64,000 bases of DNA from Sandaracinaceae bacterium (GCA_044220955.1 JBGAQA010000004.1:32001-96000), one strand, 5' to 3'. Numbered from the stretch's first letter, positions 19,585-29,764 are shown. Translations and numbers: made by a program. Notes: generated by a model from the sequence alone, not told the origin.

Positions 19585-20865
19585 TCACCGCACGCTGGGC
19601 AGCATCGTCGGTGGGGCGACCGCCGCGGGCGCCGTCGTGAACTCGACGAAGCGCCGGATCTCGTCGGCGGCCTCCGGCCCCGGCGCGGCGAACTCGAACC
19701 CGATGGCCTGCCGGTGGCGCGCCTCGCGCTTCCAGCGCGCGACCGCGGACAGCGCGACCACGCGGCCGCTCACCGGCAGTCCCACGCGCAGCGTCACGCG
19801 CGCGCCCAGCTCGACGGGGTCGGCCAGCAGGGCCAGCAGCCCCCCCTCGCTGAGATCGGCGGTCTGCCCGTCGCGGACCGCGCCGTCGGCCGCCACCACG
19901 CGGATCGGCGCGACGTAGGGCGCGCGCGCGAAGTGGCGCCGCGGCCTGCCGGTCTCGACCGAGGGCGGGGGCGCCGCCTCGAGCACCCCGAGCGCTCCGC
20001 CGCGGATGCCGGTCGCCTCCACCAGCTCGCTCGCCATCTCCGTCGCGCTCGCGTGGCGGTCGGCCGGATCGCGCTGCAAGGCCCGCTTCATCCACCGGTC
20101 CAGCGCGTCGCAGGGACGCCCGACGGCGCTCGAGAGAGACGGGAGCGGCGATCCGGCGACGAGCGCGCGCACCAGCGCGCGCGTGCCGCCCGCGATCGGC
20201 AGCACGCCCATCAAGCACTCGTAGAACACGAGCGCGAGGGCGAACAGGTCGGCCCGGCTGTCCACGACGTCCGCGAGCAGCTGCTCGGGCGCCATGTAGT
20301 CGAGGGTCCCGATGCGGTCGCCCATGCGCGTCAGCTTCGCCGGGGCCTCGGCCGTCGAGACGAACGCGGCGACGCCGAAGTCGATCAGCTTCACCTGCTC
20401 GCGACCCGCGCGCGACCTGGTGACGAAGATGTTGGAGGGCTTGACGTCGCGATGGACCAGGCCGGCGCGGTGCACCGTCTCCAGCGCGTCGCAGACCTCG
20501 AGCGTGAGCGCCACGGTGCTCTCGAGCGGCAGCTTGGCCCGGGCGATGAGCACGGCGTCGAGCGCGCGACCGTCGAGCATCTCGAGCGCGACGTAGGGAA
20601 TCGCCCCGTCCGTGCCGGCGTCGAGCACGTCGACCACGTGCGGGCTCCGAGCGAGCTCCAGGGCGCGCGCCTCGCGCAGCAGGCGCTCGCCCAGCATGGG
20701 CGCCTCGACCAGGCTCTGATCGACGGTCTTCAGCGCGACGCGCCGGCCGAGGTGAACGTGCTCCGCCTCGAGGACGACGGCCATGCCTCCGCGCGCGATC
20801 TCGCGCCGGACGCGGAACCGATGATCGATCATCTCGCCAGGCTGGGGAACGCGGGGCTCAGGCAC
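19585..20865 (-). CDS. Ser/Thr protein kinase with C-terminal PilZ domain
   Basis: HRDVKPSN, DFG, GTLDYMAPE; PilZ motifs RRHFAR (RxxxR) and DLSEGG (DxSxxG). Confidence 0.92.
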   Translation of the reverse strand: MPEPRVPQPGEMIDHRFRVRREIARGGMAVVLEAEHVHLGRRVALKTVDQSLVEAPMLGERLLREARALELARSPHVVDVLDAGTDGAIPYVALEMLDGRALDAVLIARAKLPLESTVALTLEVCDALETVHRAGLVHRDVKPSNIFVTRSRAGREQVKLIDFGVAAFVSTAEAPAKLTRMGDRIGTLDYMAPEQLLADVVDSRADLFALALVFYECLMGVLPIAGGTRALVRALVAGSPLPSLSSAVGRPCDALDRWMKRALQRDPADRHASATEMASELVEATGIRGGALGVLEAAPPPSVETGRPRRHFARAPYVAPIRVVAADGAVRDGQTADLSEGGLLALLADPVELGARVTLRVGLPVSGRVVALSAVARWKREARHRQAIGFEFAAPGPEAADEIRRFVEFTTAPAAVAPPTMLPSVR

Positions 20866-22024
20866 GGGTCACTCCTTGGGCTGGCGTTCCTTGTCGCACG
20901 TAGGGCCCGGGCTTGGCGATCAGATAGCCCTGGACGAGATCGGCGCCGAGGTCCCGCACGCACGCCAGCTCGCCCTCCGTCTCGATGCCCTCGGCCACGA
21001 CCAGCATACCGAGGTCGTGGGCGAGGGTGCAGGTCGATCCGACGACGCGCCTGCGCACCGGATCCGTGTCCACGCCGCGCGTCAGGGACATGTCGATCTT
21101 GACCACGTCGGGCGAGATCCGCGCGAAGTAGCTGAGCCCCGCGTACCCGGCCCCGAGATCGTCGATCGCGATCCGGTATCGCAGCTTGCGCAGCGCCTCG
21201 ATCCGCGACTCCACCTCGCCGACCCCCTCGAGCGACGCCCGCTCCGTGATCTCGAGCACCACGTTGGCGGCGTGCTCGCTGAGCGGCGCGGACGGGTCGT
21301 AGAGCTGCGGGTCCGCGAGGTCGCTCGAGTGGAGGTTCACGAAGAACGCGTGGTCGAAGGGCCGTGCCTCGCGCGCCAGGCCCGCGATCATCCCGCGGAG
21401 CTGGCGCCCGAGCGCGTGGAGCCGACCGAGCAGCTCGGCTGCGCCGAGGACGGCGGGCGGGTTGGGCAGGCTCGGCTCCGACGAGCGCATCAGCGCCTCG
21501 TACCCCGACACCCTGCGTGTCGTGACGGAGACGATGGGCTGGTAGACGAGCCGAAGGCTCGACGACGCGCGCTGGAACGCCGCGTCGAGCGCCTCCCGCT
21601 CGTCGCGGCTCGGCCCGGACGCCCGGGCGCGCGTGAGGCGCCCCCACTGCACGGCCTCGCCTACCACCTCGCGGACGCGCGCCGCGTCGACCGGCTTGGC
21701 GAGGTAGCGCACCACACCCAGCTCCATCGCGCGCATCGCGTCCTCGACCTTCGGAGCGCCCGTCAGGAGCACGACCGGCACGTCCGGGTGGGTCCGGCGC
21801 AGGACCGCGAGCATCTCGAGGCCCGTCATCTCCGGCATCGAGACGTCCGAGACGATCGCGTCGACGTCCTTCATCGTCTCGAGCGCGCGAATGGCCGCCC
21901 CCGGTGACGTGAACGTCTCGACGCGGTGCCCGTGCGTCGCGAGCACGTCGGAGAGGGTCCTGGCGACCATCGGGTCGTCGTCGATCACCACCACGCGTGC
22001 GTCACTGCTCGCTCGATCATCCAT
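20858..22024 (-). CDS. Response regulator with EAL c-di-GMP phosphodiesterase domain
   Basis: REC (IDDD, SDVSMP, LAKP) followed by YQPIV, GYEALMR, FVN, EITE, IDDLGAGY, KID, AEGIE, QGY. Confidence 0.95.
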   Translation of the reverse strand: MDDRASSDARVVVIDDDPMVARTLSDVLATHGHRVETFTSPGAAIRALETMKDVDAIVSDVSMPEMTGLEMLAVLRRTHPDVPVVLLTGAPKVEDAMRAMELGVVRYLAKPVDAARVREVVGEAVQWGRLTRARASGPSRDEREALDAAFQRASSSLRLVYQPIVSVTTRRVSGYEALMRSSEPSLPNPPAVLGAAELLGRLHALGRQLRGMIAGLAREARPFDHAFFVNLHSSDLADPQLYDPSAPLSEHAANVVLEITERASLEGVGEVESRIEALRKLRYRIAIDDLGAGYAGLSYFARISPDVVKIDMSLTRGVDTDPVRRRVVGSTCTLAHDLGMLVVAEGIETEGELACVRDLGADLVQGYLIAKPGPYVRQGTPAQGVTRA

Positions 22025-24884
22025 GGTCGTTCCTCACTTCGTCGGGGCCATCGCCCTGGGGCGTCCACGCGCGGGACTGGATCAGAGCGCGGACGGCGCT
22101 CGCGTCGACCGGCTTCGGTAGCCGTGGGAATTGCGGGTCGATCCCGTCTCCGTCCCGGCTCGTGAGCAGCACCAGGCGGCTCGCGACCTCGGGTCGCCGC
22201 GCCAGCAGCCAGGGCCACCCGCCGCCCGTCCGCGAGTCACCCGCGCGCGCCTCGCAGAGCACGAGGTCGAAGCGCTCGCCGTCCTCGAGGCGTGCCCACG
22301 CCGACTCGGCCGCGTCGGTCACGACGACCTCGTGGTCGCCGCGCAGCGCTCTCGCGATGCCGTGCCTCACGAGTGGATCCCGATCCACGACCAGCAGGCG
22401 TCGTCGTCGAGCGCTCGGCGGGCTCGGGCTCGAGACCCGCGGCGGCTCGGCGCCGAGGGGTGCTCGCGCGAGCCACACGGTGAACGTCGTCCCCGCTCCG
22501 AGCGTCGACTCGCATTCGATCGTGCCGCCCGCGTCGGCGACGATGCGCTGGCTGATCGAGAGCCCGAGTCCCGTCCCCGTGCCCACCGGCTTCGTGGTGA
22601 AGAAGGGCGTGAACACGCGGCGCAGCGTGTCGGGGGTCATGCCAGGGCCGTCGTCGCAGATCGTGATCTGGGCCCCGCCGCTGCGGCCGGAGCTCGCCCG
22701 CACCCGGATCTCGCCGTGGCGTCCCGTCTCGGCGATCGCCTGCGCCGCGTTGACGATGAGGTTGACGAAGACCTGCACGAGCCGGCTCTCGGAGCCCATC
22801 GCGATCGGGACGTCCTCGATCGTGGTGTGCACCGTGGCGACCGCGCGCGTCGCCGCGTGCGAGATGCGCAGCGCCGCGTCGAGCGCGTGGCTCACGTCCA
22901 CCGGGACGATCTCGTCCCGGGGCGCCTCGCGTGAGAGCGTGCGGAGGTCGGCGACGATGGTGCGCACGCGTCGTGCGGCATCCAGCGCGGTGCGCAGGCG
23001 CCCGGCCCCCTTGCCGGTCTGCCCGATGTCCTCGAGCGCGAGCTCGATCTCGGCGACGACGGTGGTCATGGGGTTGTTGATCTCGTGCGCGATGCCGGCG
23101 GCGAGCACGCCGACGCTCGCGAGACGATCGTTGGTGATCTGCCTGACCTGTGCCTCGCGCTCCTGCGTCACGTCGCGGAGCACGGCCACGGCGCCCGCGA
23201 TCTCGCCCGCGTCGCCCTCCACGGGACGCGAGGTGACGGCGACCCAGCGCCGCTGGTTGCCCTCCGCGCGCGTGGAGATGACGCCGTCGGCGGGCTCGCC
23301 GCCGAGCGCTCTGGCCATGCTCAGATCTTGCCAGCCGCACGTCGTGACCTGACCGTCGAGACGGAGGTCGAGCCGCTCTGGCCACGCCGGTCCGGGGAGC
23401 TCCCCGATCTGCGCGACCAGCTCCCGCGCGGCCTCGTTCGCGCGGGTCAGCTTCGCGTTCCGGTCGAGCACGAGGATCGGATCCCCGATCGCATCGAGGA
23501 TCGACTCGAGCAGGTGCGCGCGCGCACGCTCGGTCTGCGAGACGTTCTCGAGCTGCTGGAACGTGCGCGCGAGCGCCAGCACGAGCGCGAGCTGCCCAGC
23601 CACGACCTCTGCGAAGTCGACGCGCTGGTCGTCGAGCGCCTCGGTGGCGTGCAGCACGATGGCGCCCAGCAGCTCGTCGCGGTGGACGACGGGCACCACG
23701 ACCGCCTCGCCCCCTTCGATGCCCACGCTGGCGCTGGTCACGCGGAGCGGAGTCCGCAGGTCCGCGCTGGCGGCCAGCTGCGCCATGAGCTGCTCGGCGG
23801 AGCTCTCCACGTCGGTGCGCGCCTCCCCGATGCTGCGGCGCACCCAGCGCGAGCCGCTCCGCACGACCACTCCGCCCCAGGCGATGCCGCCCAAGTCGAG
23901 ACACGCGTGCAGCGCGGTGTCGACGGCGCGCTCGACGTCGCCGGTCTCGGCCAGGACGCTCGTGAGACCTCCCAGCACCGCGAGCCGCGCCGAGAGCGCG
24001 GCGGTGCGCTGCGCGAGCACGGCGTTGCGCGAGAGCTGGCGATCGAGCTGGCGGGCCAAGCGCCCGGCGTGGTCGGGCGCGCCCTCGGCCGACGGCGGCG
24101 CGGGACGATTCGACCGGACCCTGCCGTTCGCGATGCGCCGGAGCTCGGGGATGGTCTCGTGGACGTCGTGCGCGCGCGCGAGGTAGGCATCCGCGCCGAC
24201 GCGCTGGGCCAGTGCGCAGTCCTCGGGCTCGAGGTCGCTGTTCGTGAGCAGCACGACCGGGATCGCGGCGAGGTCGGGGTCGGCCCGCACGCGGCTACAG
24301 AGCTCGAAGCCGTCGATGCCGGGCATCAGGACGTCGCTGACGATGAGGTGGGGGTGGTGCTCGCGCGCGGCGTGCAGCGCGGCGTGTCCGTCGGACGCGC
24401 TGATCACCTCGAAGCCGGCCTGGCCGAGGCGCAGCGCCCACAGGCGTCGCTGCGTGGCGTCGTCGTCGACCAAGAGCAGCCGAGTGCCGCGCCCGGCCGG
24501 GGGCGCGAAGCTCGCCGAGGTCGGCAGGTGCGCCTTCACGGAGTTGACGAGGCGGGGTGGGTCGATCGGCTTGGCGATCACGTCGTCGAACCCGGCCGTC
24601 GCGAGGCGCGTCTCGTCCGCGCCGGTCACCAGCCCGGTGAAGGCGAGGATCGGCACGCCGGGACCGACGCTCGCCCGCAGGGGAGCGAGCAGATCGAAGC
24701 CGTTCCCGTCGGGAAGGAGCAGGTCGAGCAAGACCAGGTCGGGACGCGCCGCCTGCGCCTCGGGGATGGCGTCCTTCGCCCGGGCGGCCTCGCTCACCGC
24801 GAGGCCCTCGGCCTCCAGCAGCGAGCGAACGAGGCGCCGGGTCCACGCGTGGTCGTCGATCAGCAGCACGCGCGCCCGGCTCAC
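22017..24884 (-). CDS. Cytoplasmic hybrid histidine kinase (REC-REC-GAF-PAS-HisKA-HATPase-degenerate REC)
   Basis: Two N-terminal REC domains; AHEINNP H-box; NLIVNAAQ, DDGPG, FFTTK, GTGLGL. GTG start at 24884. Confidence 0.93.
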   Translation of the reverse strand: MSRARVLLIDDHAWTRRLVRSLLEAEGLAVSEAARAKDAIPEAQAARPDLVLLDLLLPDGNGFDLLAPLRASVGPGVPILAFTGLVTGADETRLATAGFDDVIAKPIDPPRLVNSVKAHLPTSASFAPPAGRGTRLLLVDDDATQRRLWALRLGQAGFEVISASDGHAALHAAREHHPHLIVSDVLMPGIDGFELCSRVRADPDLAAIPVVLLTNSDLEPEDCALAQRVGADAYLARAHDVHETIPELRRIANGRVRSNRPAPPSAEGAPDHAGRLARQLDRQLSRNAVLAQRTAALSARLAVLGGLTSVLAETGDVERAVDTALHACLDLGGIAWGGVVVRSGSRWVRRSIGEARTDVESSAEQLMAQLAASADLRTPLRVTSASVGIEGGEAVVVPVVHRDELLGAIVLHATEALDDQRVDFAEVVAGQLALVLALARTFQQLENVSQTERARAHLLESILDAIGDPILVLDRNAKLTRANEAARELVAQIGELPGPAWPERLDLRLDGQVTTCGWQDLSMARALGGEPADGVISTRAEGNQRRWVAVTSRPVEGDAGEIAGAVAVLRDVTQEREAQVRQITNDRLASVGVLAAGIAHEINNPMTTVVAEIELALEDIGQTGKGAGRLRTALDAARRVRTIVADLRTLSREAPRDEIVPVDVSHALDAALRISHAATRAVATVHTTIEDVPIAMGSESRLVQVFVNLIVNAAQAIAETGRHGEIRVRASSGRSGGAQITICDDGPGMTPDTLRRVFTPFFTTKPVGTGTGLGLSISQRIVADAGGTIECESTLGAGTTFTVWLARAPLGAEPPRVSSPSPPSARRRRLLVVDRDPLVRHGIARALRGDHEVVVTDAAESAWARLEDGERFDLVLCEARAGDSRTGGGWPWLLARRPEVASRLVLLTSRDGDGIDPQFPRLPKPVDASAVRALIQSRAWTPQGDGPDEVRNDHG

Positions 24885-24896
24885 GCGCAGGGTCGA

Positions 24897-24910
24897 GCAT
24901 GGCCCGTGCC
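24897..24910 (-). promoter_or_regulatory. sigma54 -24/-12 promoter of the hybrid kinase/EAL/kinase-PilZ operon
   Basis: Minus strand cGG-CACGGGCCAT-GCt with exact 10-nt spacing; predicted +1 ~24885, immediately before GTG 24884. Confidence 0.7.
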
Positions 24911-24950
24911 GCGCGGGACCGGTCGCCCACGACCCGAGCGGGCGCGGAGT

Positions 24951-24988
24951 TGGTCCATTTCGTCCACCCACCTGGCCGAAATGGACCA
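24951..24988. promoter_or_regulatory. Paired inverted 16-bp sites, putative enhancer (UAS) for a sigma54 activator
   Basis: TGGTCCATTTCGTCCA (24951-24966) and TGGCCGAAATGGACCA (24973-24988) are reverse complements at 15/16 positions; each is TGG-N10-CCA. Confidence 0.65.
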
Positions 24989-25049
24989 CCTCGCGCTGGC
25001 CCGAATGACACCGTCGGCCGGCACGCCTCGTGTAACACTGGCACCTGCG

Positions 25050-27353
25050 ATGAGCGCTGCCGTCCCGCGCATCCTGGTGGGCATCGTGCTCGCCGCGGCC
25101 TTGCTCGTCGCCAGCGCGCTCGCCGCATCGCGGGCGTACGGGACGGCCTTCCCTTCGCTCTTCGTCGATCCGTTCGGTGGCTTCTCCGCGGTGACGCTTC
25201 CGGCCTGGGGCGACGGGCTCGACGTGGAGATCGGCGCGCCCGTCACTCCGTCGGAGGACGGGGCGGACGCGAGCTCGCTGCCGGCGGAGCGCCTCTCGGC
25301 GGCTGCGGCCGCAGCCGAGGCGCGGGGCGACACTTCGCTCCGCGTCGTGATCGGCGCGCCTCCTGCGGCCCGGCAGGTATCACTTCCTCTGCGCCGGCTG
25401 GGCGCCGCCGAGATCCTCTGGCTCTACGGGCTCTACGTGCTCGCCGGCCTGCTGCTCCTGTGGTCGGGGATGATGGTCGGGGTCGTCGCGGGCGAGCAGG
25501 CGGGGGGGCGCGCGTACGTCGCGCTCGCGCTCGTCGCGTTCGTCTTCCTGGTGACGTTCCTCGACTACCACACCACTCGTTGGCTCGCGCCGCTGTTCGC
25601 GGCCGCCACCGTCGGGAACTCGGTCGCGCTCTTCGGCCTCGCCTGGCACTTCCCCGAGGCACCCGCGGTCGGTCCGACGGCCCGCCGGATCGCCGCGCTG
25701 GCGCTCTGGATCGGCGTCGCCTTCTCGATCGCCCTCGCGCTCTGCGTCGCGCTCGGGATCGACTTCCGAGCCGGCCGACGGCTCGCGGACCTCCTCGCCC
25801 CGTGCGCGCTCTTCGCGCCCATCGTCGGCGTGCTGCTGCGGATGTATCGACGCGACGCGCAGGGCGCGCGCAAGCAGGTCAGGTCGGCGGCGCTGGCGCT
25901 GCTCGCCGTGCCCATCACGCTCGCCGTGGCGTTCGCCGTGCTCCTGTCGCTGGGACGGCTCGCGGTGTTTCCCGCGGCGCTGCCGTTCGTATCGTTCGCG
26001 GTCCCGGGGGCGATCGGCACCGCCCTCATCCGTCACAACGCGCTCGGCGTTCGTCGGGTGGTCACCCAGCGCCTGCTCTACCCGCCGATCGGCCTGATCG
26101 CGTGCACTCTCGCTGCCGCCTTCGCGCAGCCCTTGTGGGCTCCCGGGACCTGGGTCCAGTCGATCGCGGTCGGCGCTTCGGTCGGCGTCGCGTTCTCGCT
26201 GCTCGCCGTGACCTTCGTCGCCCGCGTGTTCGGGCGCGCCACCGCGACGTTCCAGCCCACCCTCGAGGGGCTCGCCGACGAGGTCGCGGCGCTGCGCAGG
26301 CCCGATGCCATCCGTGGGCGCCTGGCGGAGCTGGTCCACCGGTGCCTCCCCTCGCGCGACGTGCGCAGCGTGTCGGCGAGCGAGCTCGACTCGCTTCGCT
26401 TGACCGAGATCGATCGCCGAAGGCTCGCGGCCGGCCAGACCGTCTGGACGGATCCGGCACAGAGCGCGCCCGAGCCCTCGCTCGTCGCGCCGCTCCGGTT
26501 CGGTGGACAGGCGCTCGGCGCGCTGATCGTGTCGCCTCGCGCAGGGGACGGCTTGTTCACGGACGCCGAGATCCGCATGTTCCAGACGATGGTGAGCCTC
26601 GGCGCGCTCGCGCTCCACCACGCGGAGCTGCTGCGCGAGGTCGAGGAGCGGCGGGCGATCGAGGTGGCGGCGACGCGCGGCGACGGCCGACGCGCCGTCG
26701 ACGCCATCGCCGCCGAGATCGCGCACGAGCTCTCGTATCCCATCACCTTCTTCCGGCACACGCTCAACCAGGTGGCGGCCGGACGGCTGAGTCACGACAT
26801 CGTGGAGGTCGGCAAGGACGAGGTGGAGCGCCTCGAGCGCATGCTCGCCTGGGTCCGCAAGCTGCAGGTGCCGGTGCCGGAGGTGGGGCGGGTGCGCGTG
26901 CGCCTCGTGGTGGGTCACGCGCTCGTGCTGCTGCAGAGCGAGCTCGAAGCCCGGCACATCACCTGCGACGTGGACGTCCCCGCGGAGCTCGAGGTCGCGG
27001 CGGAGCAGGACGCCCTGCTCCAGCTGGTGGCGAATCTGCTCCGAAACGCCATCCGCGCGGCGCGATCCCGCGTCGGCGTCGCGATCCGGGACGAGCGAGG
27101 GCTGCCCGAGCTCGCGGTCTGGGACGACGGTCCGGGCGTCCCCGCGGATCTCGTCGAGCGGATCTTCGATCCGTCCTTCACCACGCAGAGCGACGTCGAG
27201 GGGCACGGGCTCGGCCTCGCGGTCGCCCAGCGCGTGGTCACGGGGTTCGGCTGGAGCATCGACGTGCGTCGCGAGGACCAACGAACGGTGTTCGCCGTCT
27301 CCATGAGGCAGCGCGGCGCGCGCGCCGACGTCCTCAAGCGGGTCGCGTCGTGA
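25050..27353 (+). CDS. Multi-TM sensor histidine kinase with GAF domain
   Basis: N-terminal TM, periplasmic loop, several TM helices, GAF-like segment, AHELSYP H-box, NLLRNA, DDGPG, GHGLGL. Confidence 0.9.
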   Translation: MSAAVPRILVGIVLAAALLVASALAASRAYGTAFPSLFVDPFGGFSAVTLPAWGDGLDVEIGAPVTPSEDGADASSLPAERLSAAAAAAEARGDTSLRVVIGAPPAARQVSLPLRRLGAAEILWLYGLYVLAGLLLLWSGMMVGVVAGEQAGGRAYVALALVAFVFLVTFLDYHTTRWLAPLFAAATVGNSVALFGLAWHFPEAPAVGPTARRIAALALWIGVAFSIALALCVALGIDFRAGRRLADLLAPCALFAPIVGVLLRMYRRDAQGARKQVRSAALALLAVPITLAVAFAVLLSLGRLAVFPAALPFVSFAVPGAIGTALIRHNALGVRRVVTQRLLYPPIGLIACTLAAAFAQPLWAPGTWVQSIAVGASVGVAFSLLAVTFVARVFGRATATFQPTLEGLADEVAALRRPDAIRGRLAELVHRCLPSRDVRSVSASELDSLRLTEIDRRRLAAGQTVWTDPAQSAPEPSLVAPLRFGGQALGALIVSPRAGDGLFTDAEIRMFQTMVSLGALALHHAELLREVEERRAIEVAATRGDGRRAVDAIAAEIAHELSYPITFFRHTLNQVAAGRLSHDIVEVGKDEVERLERMLAWVRKLQVPVPEVGRVRVRLVVGHALVLLQSELEARHITCDVDVPAELEVAAEQDALLQLVANLLRNAIRAARSRVGVAIRDERGLPELAVWDDGPGVPADLVERIFDPSFTTQSDVEGHGLGLAVAQRVVTGFGWSIDVRREDQRTVFAVSMRQRGARADVLKRVAS

Positions 27354-28726
27354 GCATCCTGGTCGTCGACGATCAGCGCACCGCGCGGGTGATCCTGCGG
27401 GACATCCTGGCCGACGAGGGGCTCGCGGTCCTCGAGGCGGAGAACGCAGCGGAGGCGCGCCGGCTCAGCGCGGAGCACGCGATCTCGCTCGCCTTCGTCG
27501 ACATCCGGCTCTCCAGCGATCCACGAGATCGCAGCGGGCTTGAGCTCGTACGCGAGCTGCGCGAGACCAGCGGCGCCTCGGTCGTCGTCGTCTCCGGGCT
27601 GCGAGAGACGCACGAGGTCCGCGCGGCCTTCCGCTTCGGAGCCGACGACTACCTGCTCAAGGACGAGATCGCCGAGGAGACGCTTCGCCCGATCGTCGCC
27701 CGCGTGCGCGAGCGCGCTCAGCTCCTCGCGGAGGTCCACGCGCTCCGAGCGCGGGTCTCGGGTCGTCCGCGCGAGGTCACGAGCATCGTCGGCACCTCGG
27801 CGCCGATCCGCGCGCTGCGCGAGCGGATCCGCCGCGTCGCCAGCTCCGCGCGCCCCGTCCTGGTGAGAGGCCCCTCGGGCTGCGGCAAGGAGCTGGTCGT
27901 CCGCGAGATCCACGCGCTCGGCCCGGCGCCGGACGCGCCGCTCTTCGACGTCAACTGCGCGGCCCTCCCGGAGTCGCTCGTCGAGTCCTACCTCTTCGGC
28001 CACGAGCGCGGCGCCTTCACGGGGGCCGATCGGCGCATGCCGGGTGCGTTCGGAGCCGTCGGAAGCGGCACGCTGTTCCTCGACGAGGTCGCGGAGCTGT
28101 CGCCGACGATGCAGGCGAAGCTCCTGCGCGTCCTGGAGTCGAACCGCTACCGAGCCATCGGCTCGACGCGCGACCAGTCCTTCACCGGACGTATCGTCGC
28201 CGCCACACACGCGGACCTCGAGGCGCAGGTGAAGGTGGGCCGCTTCCGGGAGGATCTCTATCACCGGCTCGACGTGCTCGTGGTCCGCGTGCCCCCGCTC
28301 GGCGCGCGCAGGGAGGACATCGCCTCGCTCGTCGCGCACTTCGCTCGGCAGCAGCCCCGCGTGCTCCGGTTCACCGAGGAGGCTCTCGGAGCGCTCGAGC
28401 GCGCCGAGTGGCCGGGCCACGTTCGACAGCTACGAAACGTGATCGATCGCCTGGCGGTGCTGCACGAGGACGACCCCATCACGGCTGACACGGTGCACGC
28501 CGAGCTCGGCGTCGTGGACGAGAGCCCTGAGCTCTCGACCTTGGCCCGCCTCGCGCTGGCGCGGCCCGGGCCCAACCGGCTCGAGGCGCTCGAGCGCGCG
28601 CTCATCGAGGAGGCCCTGCGCATGTCGCGCGGGAGCCACTCCGAAGCCGCGCGCCTTCTCGGCGTCCACCGAAAGCGCATCGCGCGCCGGGTCGGACGGA
28701 GCGAGTGGCCGACCGAAGCGGACTGA
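27350..28726 (+). CDS. sigma54-dependent response regulator (REC-AAA+-HTH, NtrC family)
   Basis: ILVVDD, FVDIRL; GPSGCGKE, GAFTGA, FLDE, FREDLYHRL, WPGHVRQL; C-terminal HTH. GTGA overlap with the kinase. Confidence 0.95.
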   Translation: MSILVVDDQRTARVILRDILADEGLAVLEAENAAEARRLSAEHAISLAFVDIRLSSDPRDRSGLELVRELRETSGASVVVVSGLRETHEVRAAFRFGADDYLLKDEIAEETLRPIVARVRERAQLLAEVHALRARVSGRPREVTSIVGTSAPIRALRERIRRVASSARPVLVRGPSGCGKELVVREIHALGPAPDAPLFDVNCAALPESLVESYLFGHERGAFTGADRRMPGAFGAVGSGTLFLDEVAELSPTMQAKLLRVLESNRYRAIGSTRDQSFTGRIVAATHADLEAQVKVGRFREDLYHRLDVLVVRVPPLGARREDIASLVAHFARQQPRVLRFTEEALGALERAEWPGHVRQLRNVIDRLAVLHEDDPITADTVHAELGVVDESPELSTLARLALARPGPNRLEALERALIEEALRMSRGSHSEAARLLGVHRKRIARRVGRSEWPTEAD

Positions 28727-28770
28727 GCGCCCCGGACGACGAGCGCTCACATGCGCGGGTGATGAGGGTT

Positions 28771-28784
28771 GGTGTGCGGAATGC
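28771..28784 (+). promoter_or_regulatory. sigma54 -24/-12 promoter of the cyclase/GNAT/UbiA operon
   Basis: ttGG-TGTGCGGAAT-GCa with 10-nt spacing; predicted +1 ~28796, ATG at 28799. Confidence 0.55.
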
Positions 28785-28798
28785 AAGGGGCCGCACCC

Positions 28799-29764
28799 AT
28801 GACCTCCACCCTCCGAACCTCCGAGCCCCTTCGTCTCCTCGAATCGACACGCGCGCGCGCGCGCCCCGCGCGAGCGATCGCGGCGTCGCTGCGCGCTGCG
28901 ATCGGCGCCTCGTGGTCTGCCCACGAGCGCGCCTTCCCGCTGCACCAGAGCGACTCCATCACCTTCGACCGCACCGAGCCCGTCGAGACCGAGTGCTTCT
29001 CGATCGCGACGATCCTCGATCTGTGCGGCCACCACGTGGACGCTCCGACGCGGCGCGCCGCGCAGCGGAGCCTGCTCGACGACCTCGCGCGCAGCGGCGA
29101 CCTCGTCCGCTTCTTCCGGTCCGAGCGCCTCCCTCCGGACGCCGACTGCACGGCCGTCGCCGCCCTCGCCTTGTGGGAGCTCGGCGCGCTCGACACGCGC
29201 CGCGCACGCTCGATCGCGTCGCGCTTGCTCGACCATCGCACGCGAGACGGCCGGATCTCGGTCTACTTCGACGACGAGGGGGAGCGCGCCGAGCGCGTCG
29301 ACGCCGTCGTGACGTGCAACGTCCTGCGCTTCGCGACCCAGGTCGGCATCGCCGAGCGCTCGGCGAGCGACGTCGAGCAGATCCGGGCGGCGCTCGGCAG
29401 CCCCACGCGGTACTACCCGGCCGACGTGCTGCTCTTCGCGGCGGCGCGGCTCGTCCACGCTCGCGCCGACCTCGCGCCCGCGCTCGCACCGATGCTGCGC
29501 GAGGCGCTCGCGGCGAGGCGCGCGTCCGAGGCGACGTCCCTGGAGCAGGCGTGCCGGGCCGCCGCGGCGTTCTACGCCGGGCTCGAGGCCGAGCACGTGC
29601 TCGAGCTCGCGCTTCCGCTGCGCGACGTGTCCCGGCCGTTGCGGCCGGAGCCGTTCTTCTCGCTGGGACGTCGTGCGTCGTACTTCGGATCGACGCCGCT
29701 CACGGCCGCGTTCCGACTTCACGCGATCACCCTCGGGGCCTCCGTCGGAGCGGGCCATGACTGA
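28799..29764 (+). CDS. Putative monodomain class II terpene cyclase (beta-domain)
   Basis: RFF...LPPDADCTAVA (DxDxT acid motif, 29138-29152), DGRISVYFD..RVDAVVTCNVL, TRYY, YFGSTPLTAA. This pattern matches the cyclase domain of HAD-fused drimenol-type cyclases. Sits in an operon with UbiA. Confidence 0.65.
   Translation: MTSTLRTSEPLRLLESTRARARPARAIAASLRAAIGASWSAHERAFPLHQSDSITFDRTEPVETECFSIATILDLCGHHVDAPTRRAAQRSLLDDLARSGDLVRFFRSERLPPDADCTAVAALALWELGALDTRRARSIASRLLDHRTRDGRISVYFDDEGERAERVDAVVTCNVLRFATQVGIAERSASDVEQIRAALGSPTRYYPADVLLFAAARLVHARADLAPALAPMLREALAARRASEATSLEQACRAAAAFYAGLEAEHVLELALPLRDVSRPLRPEPFFSLGRRASYFGSTPLTAAFRLHAITLGASVGAGHD

Noticed and set aside
28799..29764. Calling this gene squalene-hopene cyclase
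   Set aside because: It is about half the size, has no DxDD motif and no clear QW repeats; a monodomain class II cyclase fits better.
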